This document shows, piece after piece, positions 18,670 to 26,617 of a DNA stretch of 64,000 bases. The stretch lies in the NCBI GenBank assembly GCA_919902675.1, contig CAKKRH010000010.1, positions 38,614-102,613 of the forward strand, written 5' to 3'. Below the pieces are notes generated by a model that worked only from the letters and a program-made list of their open reading frames with translations, was not told the DNA's origin and did no database searches. The position numbers and the translations under genes were made by a program. Position 1 is the stretch's first letter. Each line of letters opens with the position of its first letter. Source of the DNA: Omnitrophica bacterium GWA2_41_15 (lineage in GTDB: Bacteria; Omnitrophota; Gorgyraeia; Gygaellales; UBA12090).

Positions 18670-19839
18670 TTATTCTACCAGCACTTCCTGGGCGGCTTTG
18701 ATTATTTCGGGGTCGAACTGGGCGCCGGAGCAGCGTTTAAGCTCGGATACGGCCTGTTCTTTACTTAAAGCCTTGCGGTAGGGGCGGTCGGTAGTCATGG
18801 CGTCAAAGGTATCAGCCACCGCGATGATGGAGGCAACTAAGGGAATTTCTTTTCCTTTTAAACCTTCGGGGTAGCCTTTACCGTCGTAGCGCTCGTGGTG
18901 GTATTTTATTCCAGGGATAGCTTCACTAAGCTCTTTAATAGACTGCAAAATTGTTACCCCGGTTAAGGGGTGCTCCTGGATAACCTTTCTTTCTCCGATA
19001 GTCAGCTCAGAGGATTTATTCAATATCCTCTCCGGGGTGCCGATTTTACCGATATCGTGTAAAAGGCTGGCAATGTGCAGATTTTCCATGAAATTATCGT
19101 CAATTCTTTTATATTTCTTTAGTTTTTGGGCAATGGCCAGGCTGTAGTTGGTAACCCGGGAGATATGGCCGTGGGTATAATGATCCTTGGCGTCAATTGC
19201 CGCGGCCATAGCGATAGTGGTATGAATAAACAGGCTCTTACGCTTGGCCAACTCCTCTTCCAGCTCGGCAAAAAGCTGGGCATTGCGGATAGCCATAGCC
19301 ACATCCGAGGCCAGGGCGGTAAAGAAGTTAAGCTCATCGTCTTTAAAACGGGACTTATCCTTCTTTTCCCCCAAAAGCAATATTCCCAAAAGATCATCCC
19401 GGAAAAAGCTGGGCACGCAAGCCACAGCCTCAAACATCTCTAATTGATAAGAGACCTTGTTTAATAAAGTGAGTATGGCCGGCTTATGTTTTTTGTTTTT
19501 CAGCTCTAAGCTGATTCTTTTGGCTTCCAAAACCCCTTCCGAGCCGAAAATCTTTTTATCATAGCGCTCGGTAAAAAAACGGATCAAGGGGTTGTCTGTG
19601 TCCATCCTGGCCAAACCCGCCGGCACCTTAAGGCCCACAGCCCCACGGGAAACGGTAAAAACATAGGTATTCTTTGCTTTGTTATAAAGCAAGATTCCGG
19701 TGTGCATCACCCCCACCTTCTGCACAATCATCCGCGCGATCATCTTGATTAAAATCTGCGGATCGTGGATAAGAATCATAGACTTGGCCGCGGACTCCAG
19801 CTCTTTTTTGTAATCTACCATCCGTGTTTTTTTATTCAT
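18670..19839 (-). CDS. GAF domain HD-GYP c-di-GMP phosphodiesterase
   Basis: HDIGKIGTPERIL and HHERYDGKGYP (HD and GYP motifs). Confidence 0.85.
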   Translation of the reverse strand: MNKKTRMVDYKKELESAAKSMILIHDPQILIKMIARMIVQKVGVMHTGILLYNKAKNTYVFTVSRGAVGLKVPAGLARMDTDNPLIRFFTERYDKKIFGSEGVLEAKRISLELKNKKHKPAILTLLNKVSYQLEMFEAVACVPSFFRDDLLGILLLGEKKDKSRFKDDELNFFTALASDVAMAIRNAQLFAELEEELAKRKSLFIHTTIAMAAAIDAKDHYTHGHISRVTNYSLAIAQKLKKYKRIDDNFMENLHIASLLHDIGKIGTPERILNKSSELTIGERKVIQEHPLTGVTILQSIKELSEAIPGIKYHHERYDGKGYPEGLKGKEIPLVASIIAVADTFDAMTTDRPYRKALSKEQAVSELKRCSGAQFDPEIIKAAQEVLVE

Positions 19840-19862
19840 CTAAAACTCCCAAGAAAATAACT

Positions 19863-20240
19863 TTATTTCGGAGGAAACAGTTTCATTACCAGCTTCTCCA
19901 CCTCATCCAACTCTATCGGCTTATGGATAAATCCGTAGGCCCCCAATCTTTTGGTCTCCTGCTTGGCCTCATCATCTTCCCGGCCGGTAACCATAATCAC
20001 CTTCACCTGTTTATCCAGCTCCTTGATCCTTCTCAAGGTCTCAATCCCATCCATCCCCTCTAACTTTATGTCTAAGAGTATGGCCTTGGGCCGCTGGCTG
20101 ACTACCATTTTAATTGCCTCCTCGGCGTTAGGGACAGCCAAAACCTCAATCTCTCTGCGGCCAAAGAAATTAGTAAAGAAATTCCTCACATCAATTTCAT
20201 CATCAACCACCAACAGTTTTTGCGTATTCTCCATTCTCAC
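19863..20240 (-). CDS. Single-domain response regulator (CheY-like receiver)
   Basis: LLVVDDE...ILLDIKLEGMDG...VIMVTG receiver motifs, 125 aa. Confidence 0.85.
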   Translation of the reverse strand: MRMENTQKLLVVDDEIDVRNFFTNFFGRREIEVLAVPNAEEAIKMVVSQRPKAILLDIKLEGMDGIETLRRIKELDKQVKVIMVTGREDDEAKQETKRLGAYGFIHKPIELDEVEKLVMKLFPPK

Positions 20241-20282
20241 CTCCTTAATAAACGTATTGTCAAAAGAATTTCCTCCCCTAAA

Positions 20283-20769
20283 GTGTCATTGCGAGCGCTT
20301 TTTGCGAAGCAATCTTTTAACCAACCTTATATCCTATCAGCCAAATCTTCCCATCCCGGGTTCGCTCTTATGATAAGTTCGTTTTTCTTTTGTCTCGATC
20401 CGGCTTTAAGTTGCTTTTCCCTTGAAATGGCTCCCTCTACTTCTTCACAAATCTCATAATAAACCAATTTATTCACGTTATATTTTCGCGTAAAACCTGG
20501 CATTAAGGCGTTTTTATGTTCATAGACCCTGCGCTTTAAATCATTAGTTATCCCGACATAAAGAACCTTGTTATTCCAATTCGTCAAGAAATATACGTAG
20601 TATTGCTTACGTAGCATATTTAAAAAGATTGCTTCGCTTTGCTCACAATCAGACTGTATCATAATAGTAAAATGCGTGTCATTGCGAGCGTAGCGAAGCA
20701 ATCTTTAATTCAGACATCGTCGCAAGTAAGATTGCCACGGTCGCCTTCGGCGACCTCGCAATGACACAA
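20283..20769. mobile_element. Putative small selfish GIY-YIG element: direct repeats GTGTCATTGCGAGCG...GCGAAGCAATCTTT at 20283-20318 and 20676-20707, and an inverted partial copy CTCGCAATGACAC at 20756-20768 next to a GTCGCCTTCGGCGAC hairpin
   Basis: Repeats read directly; the GIY-YIG ORF sits between them, in the intergenic gap of a histidine kinase / response regulator pair. Confidence 0.45.
20327..20617 (-). CDS. GIY-YIG nuclease-family protein (UPF0213-like)
   Basis: YYVYFLTNWNNKVLYVGITNDLKRRVYEH is a GIY-YIG motif. The ORF track extends to 20701, but the extra N-terminus (MLRYARNDTHFT...) is encoded by the flanking repeat, so I start at MLRKQ (20615-20617). Confidence 0.75.
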   Translation of the reverse strand: MLRKQYYVYFLTNWNNKVLYVGITNDLKRRVYEHKNALMPGFTRKYNVNKLVYYEICEEVEGAISREKQLKAGSRQKKNELIIRANPGWEDLADRI

Positions 20770-20862
20770 AAGGCTATTATGACACAGTCTAAATGACACA
20801 ATTCAAATACCCTTGCTATGCTTATTCTTCATAAAGTTTCTGTTGATATCTTAACGAACATT

Positions 20863-23145
20863 TCACTCCCCCCAAATCTCTATGTTCCCTTTGCTATGGG
20901 CGTTATTTGCGTGTTCGGCTGTATCCGCGGTAGCAAGCTCCAAGGAAAAGGTGGTGCCTTGCTTGTAGATAGAGCTCACCTGAATCCTGCCTTTGTGGTT
21001 TTCTGTGATTATCTTCTTGATTACATAGAGGCCTAAGCCGGTGCCTTTGCGATTAGATATTTTAGTGGTAAAGAAAGGGGTAAAAACCTTCTTTTGGTCT
21101 TCTTCTTTAATCCCCAAGCCGTTGTCGTGGACGATTATTTTGGTAACACGGTTTGCGGGATCGGGGATGGCGACTATCTTAACCTTGCCTCTATATCCGG
21201 GTTCTTTAAGAGCGGCTTTGCGTTCGTTCATCGCGTCGTAGGCATTATCAATCAGATTGAAAAAAACTTCCTGTAATTGGGTAAAGTTGGCCTTGAGGTT
21301 GGTTTCCTCTTTGGGGTAGTTTCTTTCAATATCTATCTCATTAAGCTTGATTTTAAACTGGAGCATTTCTAAGGCGGCGTTAAGCAGCTCATCTAAGTTC
21401 ACTCCCGCGAAACCTGTTTCGCCTTTACGGGTGTATTTAAGCATTCCCCGGACAATATCTCCTCCCTGTAAAGAGTTGGACTTTATCCTTTGAGCCGAGT
21501 GTTCTAAGTAGGAGAGCAGTTCTTTAATCTCAGAAGAGGAGTTTTTGCTATCGGAACTCTTGATACAGTCTAAGGCATCACTGGCAATCAGGGACATGGC
21601 GTGAAAGCGATTGTTCATCTGGTGTGATAATCCGTCAGCCATAGTCCCCAAGGTGGCCATCTTCTCGGCCTGAGAGATTTGCTCGTGGGTTTCCTTGGCG
21701 CTTTCAAAGAAGCGGGCATTTTCTATGGCTAAACCGGCCTGACTGGCCAAGACCGTGAATACCCTTAAGTCATCCTCGGTATAGATAGAGCCGGAGCGCT
21801 TTTCCCCTAAAACCATAAAACCCAACAGGTCATCCTCAATAAAGCTGGGAATGACTACCGAGGCTGAGAGCGTATAAAGCTGGGCCTTTAAGAGATTATC
21901 CAGATAATTCTTTTGATATCTGCCCTGCTCTAAGGCCTCATCAAGTATAGGCATATCATCCCGGCCGGAGGAATTATTGGCAAGCTCTTCCAATAAAAGA
22001 GGGCTTTTGGAACTTAGGAGGTACCGAATCAGAGGCGAATCCAGGCCTATGGTTTGGATTTGGTCCATGTTTAGGCTCCCCCGGCTTGAGCCTAAGATAT
22101 AGCCGTCAGCTTCTTTGTTTAGGATATAAACCGCGGCGTGGTTAAGGCGCACGGCCCTGGCTACGGTATAAACTATCATCTTCAGGAGCTTGTTTATGTC
22201 TCTAACCCGGGTCATCCCTAAAGAGGCCCGCTTTAGGGTATCCTGATAACGGCGCTGTTCTTTAAGGATCTCTTCCTCCGCTCTTTTATTCAGGTAGATA
22301 TAGATAAACGGGCCGGTGGTAGCAAAGATGGCCATTAAACCCAAAGGAACCATCCACCAGCTAACTCCCCACACGGCGGACAGCCAAGGCTTAAACCATA
22401 TCCCTAATGCGAAAGGTATCCCCAAAACAATGGTATAGACCGCAATAAAAATACTCGCCCGGGTAATGGCTAGCCGAATATCCATCAGACGATAGCGAAT
22501 AATGGAATATATCAAAACCAACATGCAGGCAACAACTAAAAAATCGTGCGGGAAAAACTCTGGAATATTAAAAGAGGTAGAAAAATGAAGTAACCCACTA
22601 ATAAAAGCAAGAAAAAACCCTAAAAAAACATACTTTAGTTGATTCCTCCTGAACCCTTTCGCTTCTTTATACGCGATAAAAAGTTTATGAAAGCAATATA
22701 AGCATACTATTCCAAAGAATGCGATAAATAATAAGTAGATTAAACCGCCTCTTATAGTAAAATATGGCTTAAATAAATTTACTTCTTTTATAAAAAATGA
22801 AGAGGTCAAAAACGGCAAAAAGAAAAATATGGAAATAGCAAATGATAGCCTAATCAGATTCTTCTCATGACTAATCTTCTCCAATTCCAAGATTGTCAAG
22901 CCGAAATTAAGAAAGAATGGCGCGGTAAATACAGCTGCAATATACACTAATCTAGTGAAGAAAAGAGAATTATTTATTCCGCCCACAGCCGCCATAAATG
23001 GAAAAGCGCACCATATCCCAGCGCAAATGATAATTGGTATTATTGCCCTGCGCGACTTATCATGCAAACCATTAAATAAAACAAATAAAGCCAAAATAAT
23101 TGAAATTACAAAAGCGCTCAAAGAAGATATGGTATAGATATTCAT
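20863..23145 (-). CDS. Sensor histidine kinase (N-terminal multi-TM sensor, GAF, HisKA, HATPase_c)
   Basis: About 9 N-terminal TM helices; H-box ADGLSHQMNN; HATPase motifs HDNGLGI and GTGLGLYVIKKI. 760 aa. Confidence 0.85.
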   Translation of the reverse strand: MNIYTISSLSAFVISIILALFVLFNGLHDKSRRAIIPIIICAGIWCAFPFMAAVGGINNSLFFTRLVYIAAVFTAPFFLNFGLTILELEKISHEKNLIRLSFAISIFFFLPFLTSSFFIKEVNLFKPYFTIRGGLIYLLFIAFFGIVCLYCFHKLFIAYKEAKGFRRNQLKYVFLGFFLAFISGLLHFSTSFNIPEFFPHDFLVVACMLVLIYSIIRYRLMDIRLAITRASIFIAVYTIVLGIPFALGIWFKPWLSAVWGVSWWMVPLGLMAIFATTGPFIYIYLNKRAEEEILKEQRRYQDTLKRASLGMTRVRDINKLLKMIVYTVARAVRLNHAAVYILNKEADGYILGSSRGSLNMDQIQTIGLDSPLIRYLLSSKSPLLLEELANNSSGRDDMPILDEALEQGRYQKNYLDNLLKAQLYTLSASVVIPSFIEDDLLGFMVLGEKRSGSIYTEDDLRVFTVLASQAGLAIENARFFESAKETHEQISQAEKMATLGTMADGLSHQMNNRFHAMSLIASDALDCIKSSDSKNSSSEIKELLSYLEHSAQRIKSNSLQGGDIVRGMLKYTRKGETGFAGVNLDELLNAALEMLQFKIKLNEIDIERNYPKEETNLKANFTQLQEVFFNLIDNAYDAMNERKAALKEPGYRGKVKIVAIPDPANRVTKIIVHDNGLGIKEEDQKKVFTPFFTTKISNRKGTGLGLYVIKKIITENHKGRIQVSSIYKQGTTFSLELATADTAEHANNAHSKGNIEIWGE

Positions 23146-23151
23146 TACTGT

Positions 23152-24765
23152 TTATTTCTTTTCCCTGGTTAAGCTAATACCTTGCAAATGAGAGGTCTTC
23201 TGCCAGACATAATTCATCTCTCCATAGGGCCCTCCGGACTTTCCTGTTCCCCCGTGAGTAGACAAGTAAGACGAAAAATCCACATGACGAGAGTTAATTC
23301 TCAGCAATCCGCTGTTATTGATATATCTCACAAATTTCCTGATATACAGATTCGACTTGGCCCAAACAGAAGTCCGCAGGCCGTATTCGTTGGAATTGGC
23401 AAAATGCATCATGGTCTCAAATATCGCATTATCTGAAGAACCTTTAATCCTGACAATGGGTAATAAAGGAAAAAAATTCTCCTCCTTTATACAAAACATA
23501 TCAAATGCGTTCTTATATTCTTCAATCACTATAACTGTAGGCTGCAGGTATGCGCCTTTTTCATCTTTAAATCCTTTATAATTTATTCTATTCCCTCCAA
23601 AAAGTTGCTTTGCGCCTTTAGTCAACGCATCATCAAGAAAGATAAAAAATGAATCCGCTAAAGCCACAGGAGAAAAACAAGTTTCCGGATCCGATGGAAG
23701 ACCCACCTTCATTTTCTTCACCTGCCTCACAAATTCATCTGTGAATTGTTCGTATATGTCACTATGCACTATTGCCGCCTTAGGCACCATACATATCTGA
23801 GTGGAGCCTAAGAAAGCATCCATGAGCGCACTGATGCTTCCTTTTAAATCCGCGTCTTTCCAGATAAACATCATATCATTTCCTGAGAGTTCTAATATCG
23901 GTTTTTTACCTGCCCGCACAATCTCTTCTGCCAGTAATAACCCTTTTTCACTCTTGCCGAAATAGAGTATATCATTCACATAAGGACTTTCCAGCCACTC
24001 CCGAGTTATTTTATCTGAATTACCAACCAGTATATTTAACGTTCCATCGGGGGCTCCATTATTTCTTAAAGCCTCCCCTACAACTTCTTTCCATAAAAAT
24101 ATAGCTGAAACCGGGGCACGCAAAGGAGGCTTAATAATTAGAGAATTTCCGCTTAACAAAGCAAATCCCGCGATTAAAGAACTACTTGCCGCCGCATTTT
24201 TAGGAGGGCTTACGCAAACTACCCCATCAGGCTTACGGGCCCAGTATACTGTTTCATCACCGATTTTACCCACTTCGCGCCACAACTCATCTTTAAAGAA
24301 ATCCAGAGACTCATCTCTATATGCCTTTTCCATTCCTGAAAATTCCCATTCGGCTAACTTCCTAGGATGGCCCTCAACTATAAGCATTTGAATAAATTCC
24401 TCTTTTTTTTCCAAAAGCTTCTTATGAACATCGCCTAATATCTTTCTTCGCATTGACAACGGCATATATCGGAATGTATTGCTTGCGTTATACGCGGACT
24501 CAATCGCCTTTAAATTTGTATCATCCTTTCCGACACAATATTTAGCATAAATATACTCTCGTGCCTCTTCGTTTTCTTCAGCCATCTGGCCGAGTTTTAG
24601 CTGAGTAATAATTCGGTAAGTGCCGCGGAAATCGGTTATCAGCTTGTCCGTATAAGGAAAATACTCATATATGCCGGTATCCAAATCTTTACCATTAACA
24701 AAAAGGGTGAATTTTCTCATAAACCATCCTCTCTTCCCATGGCAAAACAGCCTTGCGCCAGACAT
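23152..24765 (-). CDS. Aldehyde dehydrogenase-family protein
   Basis: ELSGND (ELGGKSP-like), GSTQICMVPK (catalytic Cys region), EENFFPLLPIV, NSNEYGL. The start may be the internal MRKFT at 24720. Confidence 0.6.
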   Translation of the reverse strand: MSGARLFCHGKRGWFMRKFTLFVNGKDLDTGIYEYFPYTDKLITDFRGTYRIITQLKLGQMAEENEEAREYIYAKYCVGKDDTNLKAIESAYNASNTFRYMPLSMRRKILGDVHKKLLEKKEEFIQMLIVEGHPRKLAEWEFSGMEKAYRDESLDFFKDELWREVGKIGDETVYWARKPDGVVCVSPPKNAAASSSLIAGFALLSGNSLIIKPPLRAPVSAIFLWKEVVGEALRNNGAPDGTLNILVGNSDKITREWLESPYVNDILYFGKSEKGLLLAEEIVRAGKKPILELSGNDMMFIWKDADLKGSISALMDAFLGSTQICMVPKAAIVHSDIYEQFTDEFVRQVKKMKVGLPSDPETCFSPVALADSFFIFLDDALTKGAKQLFGGNRINYKGFKDEKGAYLQPTVIVIEEYKNAFDMFCIKEENFFPLLPIVRIKGSSDNAIFETMMHFANSNEYGLRTSVWAKSNLYIRKFVRYINNSGLLRINSRHVDFSSYLSTHGGTGKSGGPYGEMNYVWQKTSHLQGISLTREKK

Positions 24766-24853
24766 TTCTGCTTTTTAATATTGTTTCTTGATTGGCTGAA
24801 GTTTATTTCTACGATATCATTATTCTCCATAATCAAACCTCGCGCAAATAAGA

Positions 24854-24882
24854 AGGCCTTGCGTTATATTCGCGCAAGGCCT
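24854..24882. terminator. Hairpin AAGGCCTTGCG-N7-CGCAAGGCCTT followed by a T-rich tract; terminator-like, after the HTH/HepT/MNT operon
   Basis: Read directly. Confidence 0.4.
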
Positions 24883-24940
24883 TGTTGTTTTATTGCTTTT
24901 GCCTATATTTGAGCTTCTTTTACAAGATTTATTTATTTTC

Positions 24941-25219
24941 TTATTTTGTATCTTCATTTTCCTTCTTTCCCGGCTTCTTTTCATCCCGGGCTTCCCGTTG
25001 GGGAGCCGGACTGGGCTTCCTTCTCTCCCTGCCCTGCTGCTGGTAAACTATCTTCTCATTTATCCAGCGCTCGATGTGCTTACGGTGGAATCTCCAGTCC
25101 GCGCCGATCTTAAAGGCCGGGATTTTTCCTTCCCTAGCCAGCTTATTCACCGTAAAAGGGTGCAGTTTGAGGAAATCACTGACTTCCTTGGTGTTCATTA
25201 TGTCTTTAGCCTTGTCCAT
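24941..25219 (-). CDS. Excisionase-family (HTH_17/MerR-like) DNA-binding protein, copy 1
   Basis: KDIMNTKEVSDFLKLHPFTVNKLAREGKIPAFKIGADWRFHRKHIERWI is an excisionase-type HTH. Start moved to MDKAKD (25217-25219), 3 nt after the HepT stop. Confidence 0.7.
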   Translation of the reverse strand: MDKAKDIMNTKEVSDFLKLHPFTVNKLAREGKIPAFKIGADWRFHRKHIERWINEKIVYQQQGRERRKPSPAPQREARDEKKPGKKENEDTK

Positions 25220-25221
25220 AC

Positions 25222-25641
25222 CTACAATTTCGCGTACGCGCAAATTTTCCGTAGAAATAAATATATATCTTCTATGTCCTTAGCTAGAACGCTATAGACC
25301 TTTTTAAAATCGATTGTTTCGTATTCATGGATAATAATGTTTCTAAAGCTGGCCATTTTACTTAATTTCTCCCCTAACTCCCGGCTGATTATCTTGTGCT
25401 CGGCCAAAACATCAAATAGTTCTGCCAAGGTCGCGGGAACTGCCCAGCCGGCATCAGAAATTATATGGCTGGACATATCAACGCATCCCTGAATAGCCAA
25501 CTGCAGATTATGCAGAACTATATCCTGCAAATCAATATTCTTTTTAAATTCATCAAAGCCGACCTTTTGCTTTTCCTTAAGGCGGCTGAGACTATTCTCA
25601 ATACGGGCTATTTTGGCTTTTATGATACTTATATTTACCAT
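25222..25641 (-). CDS. hepT: HepT-like (DUF86) RNase toxin
   Basis: FRNIIIHEYETID (Rx4HxY motif), 139 aa. Confidence 0.8.
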   Translation of the reverse strand: MVNISIIKAKIARIENSLSRLKEKQKVGFDEFKKNIDLQDIVLHNLQLAIQGCVDMSSHIISDAGWAVPATLAELFDVLAEHKIISRELGEKLSKMASFRNIIIHEYETIDFKKVYSVLAKDIEDIYLFLRKICAYAKL

Positions 25642-26069
25642 TACGCGGCTTTATTAATTTTTGATAATATACCTTCTTCGATTCTATTCTTTATGGGCAG
25701 AAAGTCAAAATACTCCACTATCGCCCTGGCCTCAAAACCGCGCTCGTTTCTATCCGCCCTCTCGTAAACCCTCAGGCCGTTTTTCAAAACATTGTATTTT
25801 AGAAAGGAACCTGCCCGGTTTAAAACTACCACATCCGCCTCCCGGCCCAGAAGCCGGCCTAAGTTGACAGCCAGGTCTATTTGCTTATCGGTATAATCTT
25901 CGGGATTCACCATCTTATCAAACAACACCGCTATATCTATATCGCTGTATTTATGAGGACTACCACCGACATATGAGCCAAAAAGGTAAGCCGCCAAAAT
26001 CGTGCTTTCCTTCTTAAAAACACTGCTTATTTTCTCTAATTCTGTTTCACCAAGCATAGATATCCCCAA
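25641..26069 (-). CDS. mntA: MNT-type minimal nucleotidyltransferase antitoxin
   Basis: LFGSYVGGSPHKYSDIDIAV (GSx9-13DxD), 142 aa. Overlaps hepT by 1 nt. Confidence 0.8.
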   Translation of the reverse strand: MGISMLGETELEKISSVFKKESTILAAYLFGSYVGGSPHKYSDIDIAVLFDKMVNPEDYTDKQIDLAVNLGRLLGREADVVVLNRAGSFLKYNVLKNGLRVYERADRNERGFEARAIVEYFDFLPIKNRIEEGILSKINKAA

Positions 26070-26118
26070 ATGCCTGCCGCCTCATCTTAAAAAACCAGGA
26101 AAACCGCGCCCTCAAACC

Positions 26119-26355
26119 TTAAAGTAGCGGCTTATCGAGTTGCTTACCAGGATTTCTTCTCTCCCTGCCCTGCTGTTGATAAACGATCTTCTCGTTTATC
26201 CAGCGCTCGATGTGCTTGCGGTGGAATCTCCAGTCCGCGCCAATCTTAAAAGCGGGAATCTTTCCTTCCCGGGCCAGCTTATTCACCGTAAAAGGGTGCA
26301 GTTTGAGGAAATCACTGACTTCCTTGGTATTCATTATGTCTTTACCCTTGTTCAT
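26119..26355 (-). CDS. Excisionase-family HTH DNA-binding protein, copy 2
   Basis: The protein core is identical to copy 1 (KDIMNTKEVSDFLK...QQQGRERR). DNA is about 90 percent identical over roughly 200 bp (26158-26356 versus 25021-25222). Confidence 0.7.
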   Translation of the reverse strand: MNKGKDIMNTKEVSDFLKLHPFTVNKLAREGKIPAFKIGADWRFHRKHIERWINEKIVYQQQGRERRNPGKQLDKPLL

Positions 26356-26444
26356 CCTTACCTCATTAGATAAAACCAAACACAATTATAAGTATACTAA
26401 ACAAGCAAATACTTGTCAAGAAAAATAAAGCACACCAAAGAAAA

Positions 26445-26473
26445 AGCCGAACCATTTTCCTGGTTCGGCAGAT
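26445..26473 (-). terminator. Rho-independent terminator (GCCGAACCA-loop-TGGTTCGGC followed by TTTTTCTTT on the minus strand) downstream of the FN3 surface protein gene
   Basis: Read directly. Confidence 0.5.
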
Positions 26474-26617
26474 AGTAAAGAGCTCAACCCGGTTATTTCA
26501 CATTCCACAGAGCAATCTTCCGCGTCCCGGCTCCTTATGCTCAACAAATAACCCCTATATTTATGCTCATTCTCCCCTGGAACTTCAAAGACAAAGAAAT
26601 CCTCACCCGTATGGGAA

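Noticed and set aside
20618-20701. N-terminal extension MLRYARNDTHFTIMIQSDCEQSEAIFLN of the GIY-YIG ORF
   Set aside because: It is encoded by the flanking GTCATTGCGAGCG...GCGAAGCAATC repeat and is unrelated to GIY-YIG proteins, which begin at the YYVYFL motif; so I moved the start to MLRKQ.
25220-25243. Long-form start of HTH copy 1 overlapping hepT by 22 nt
   Set aside because: Copy 2 shows the conserved protein begins near MNKGKDIM/MDKAKDIM. The shorter start at 25217-25219 removes the overlap and places the ATG 3 nt after the hepT stop.
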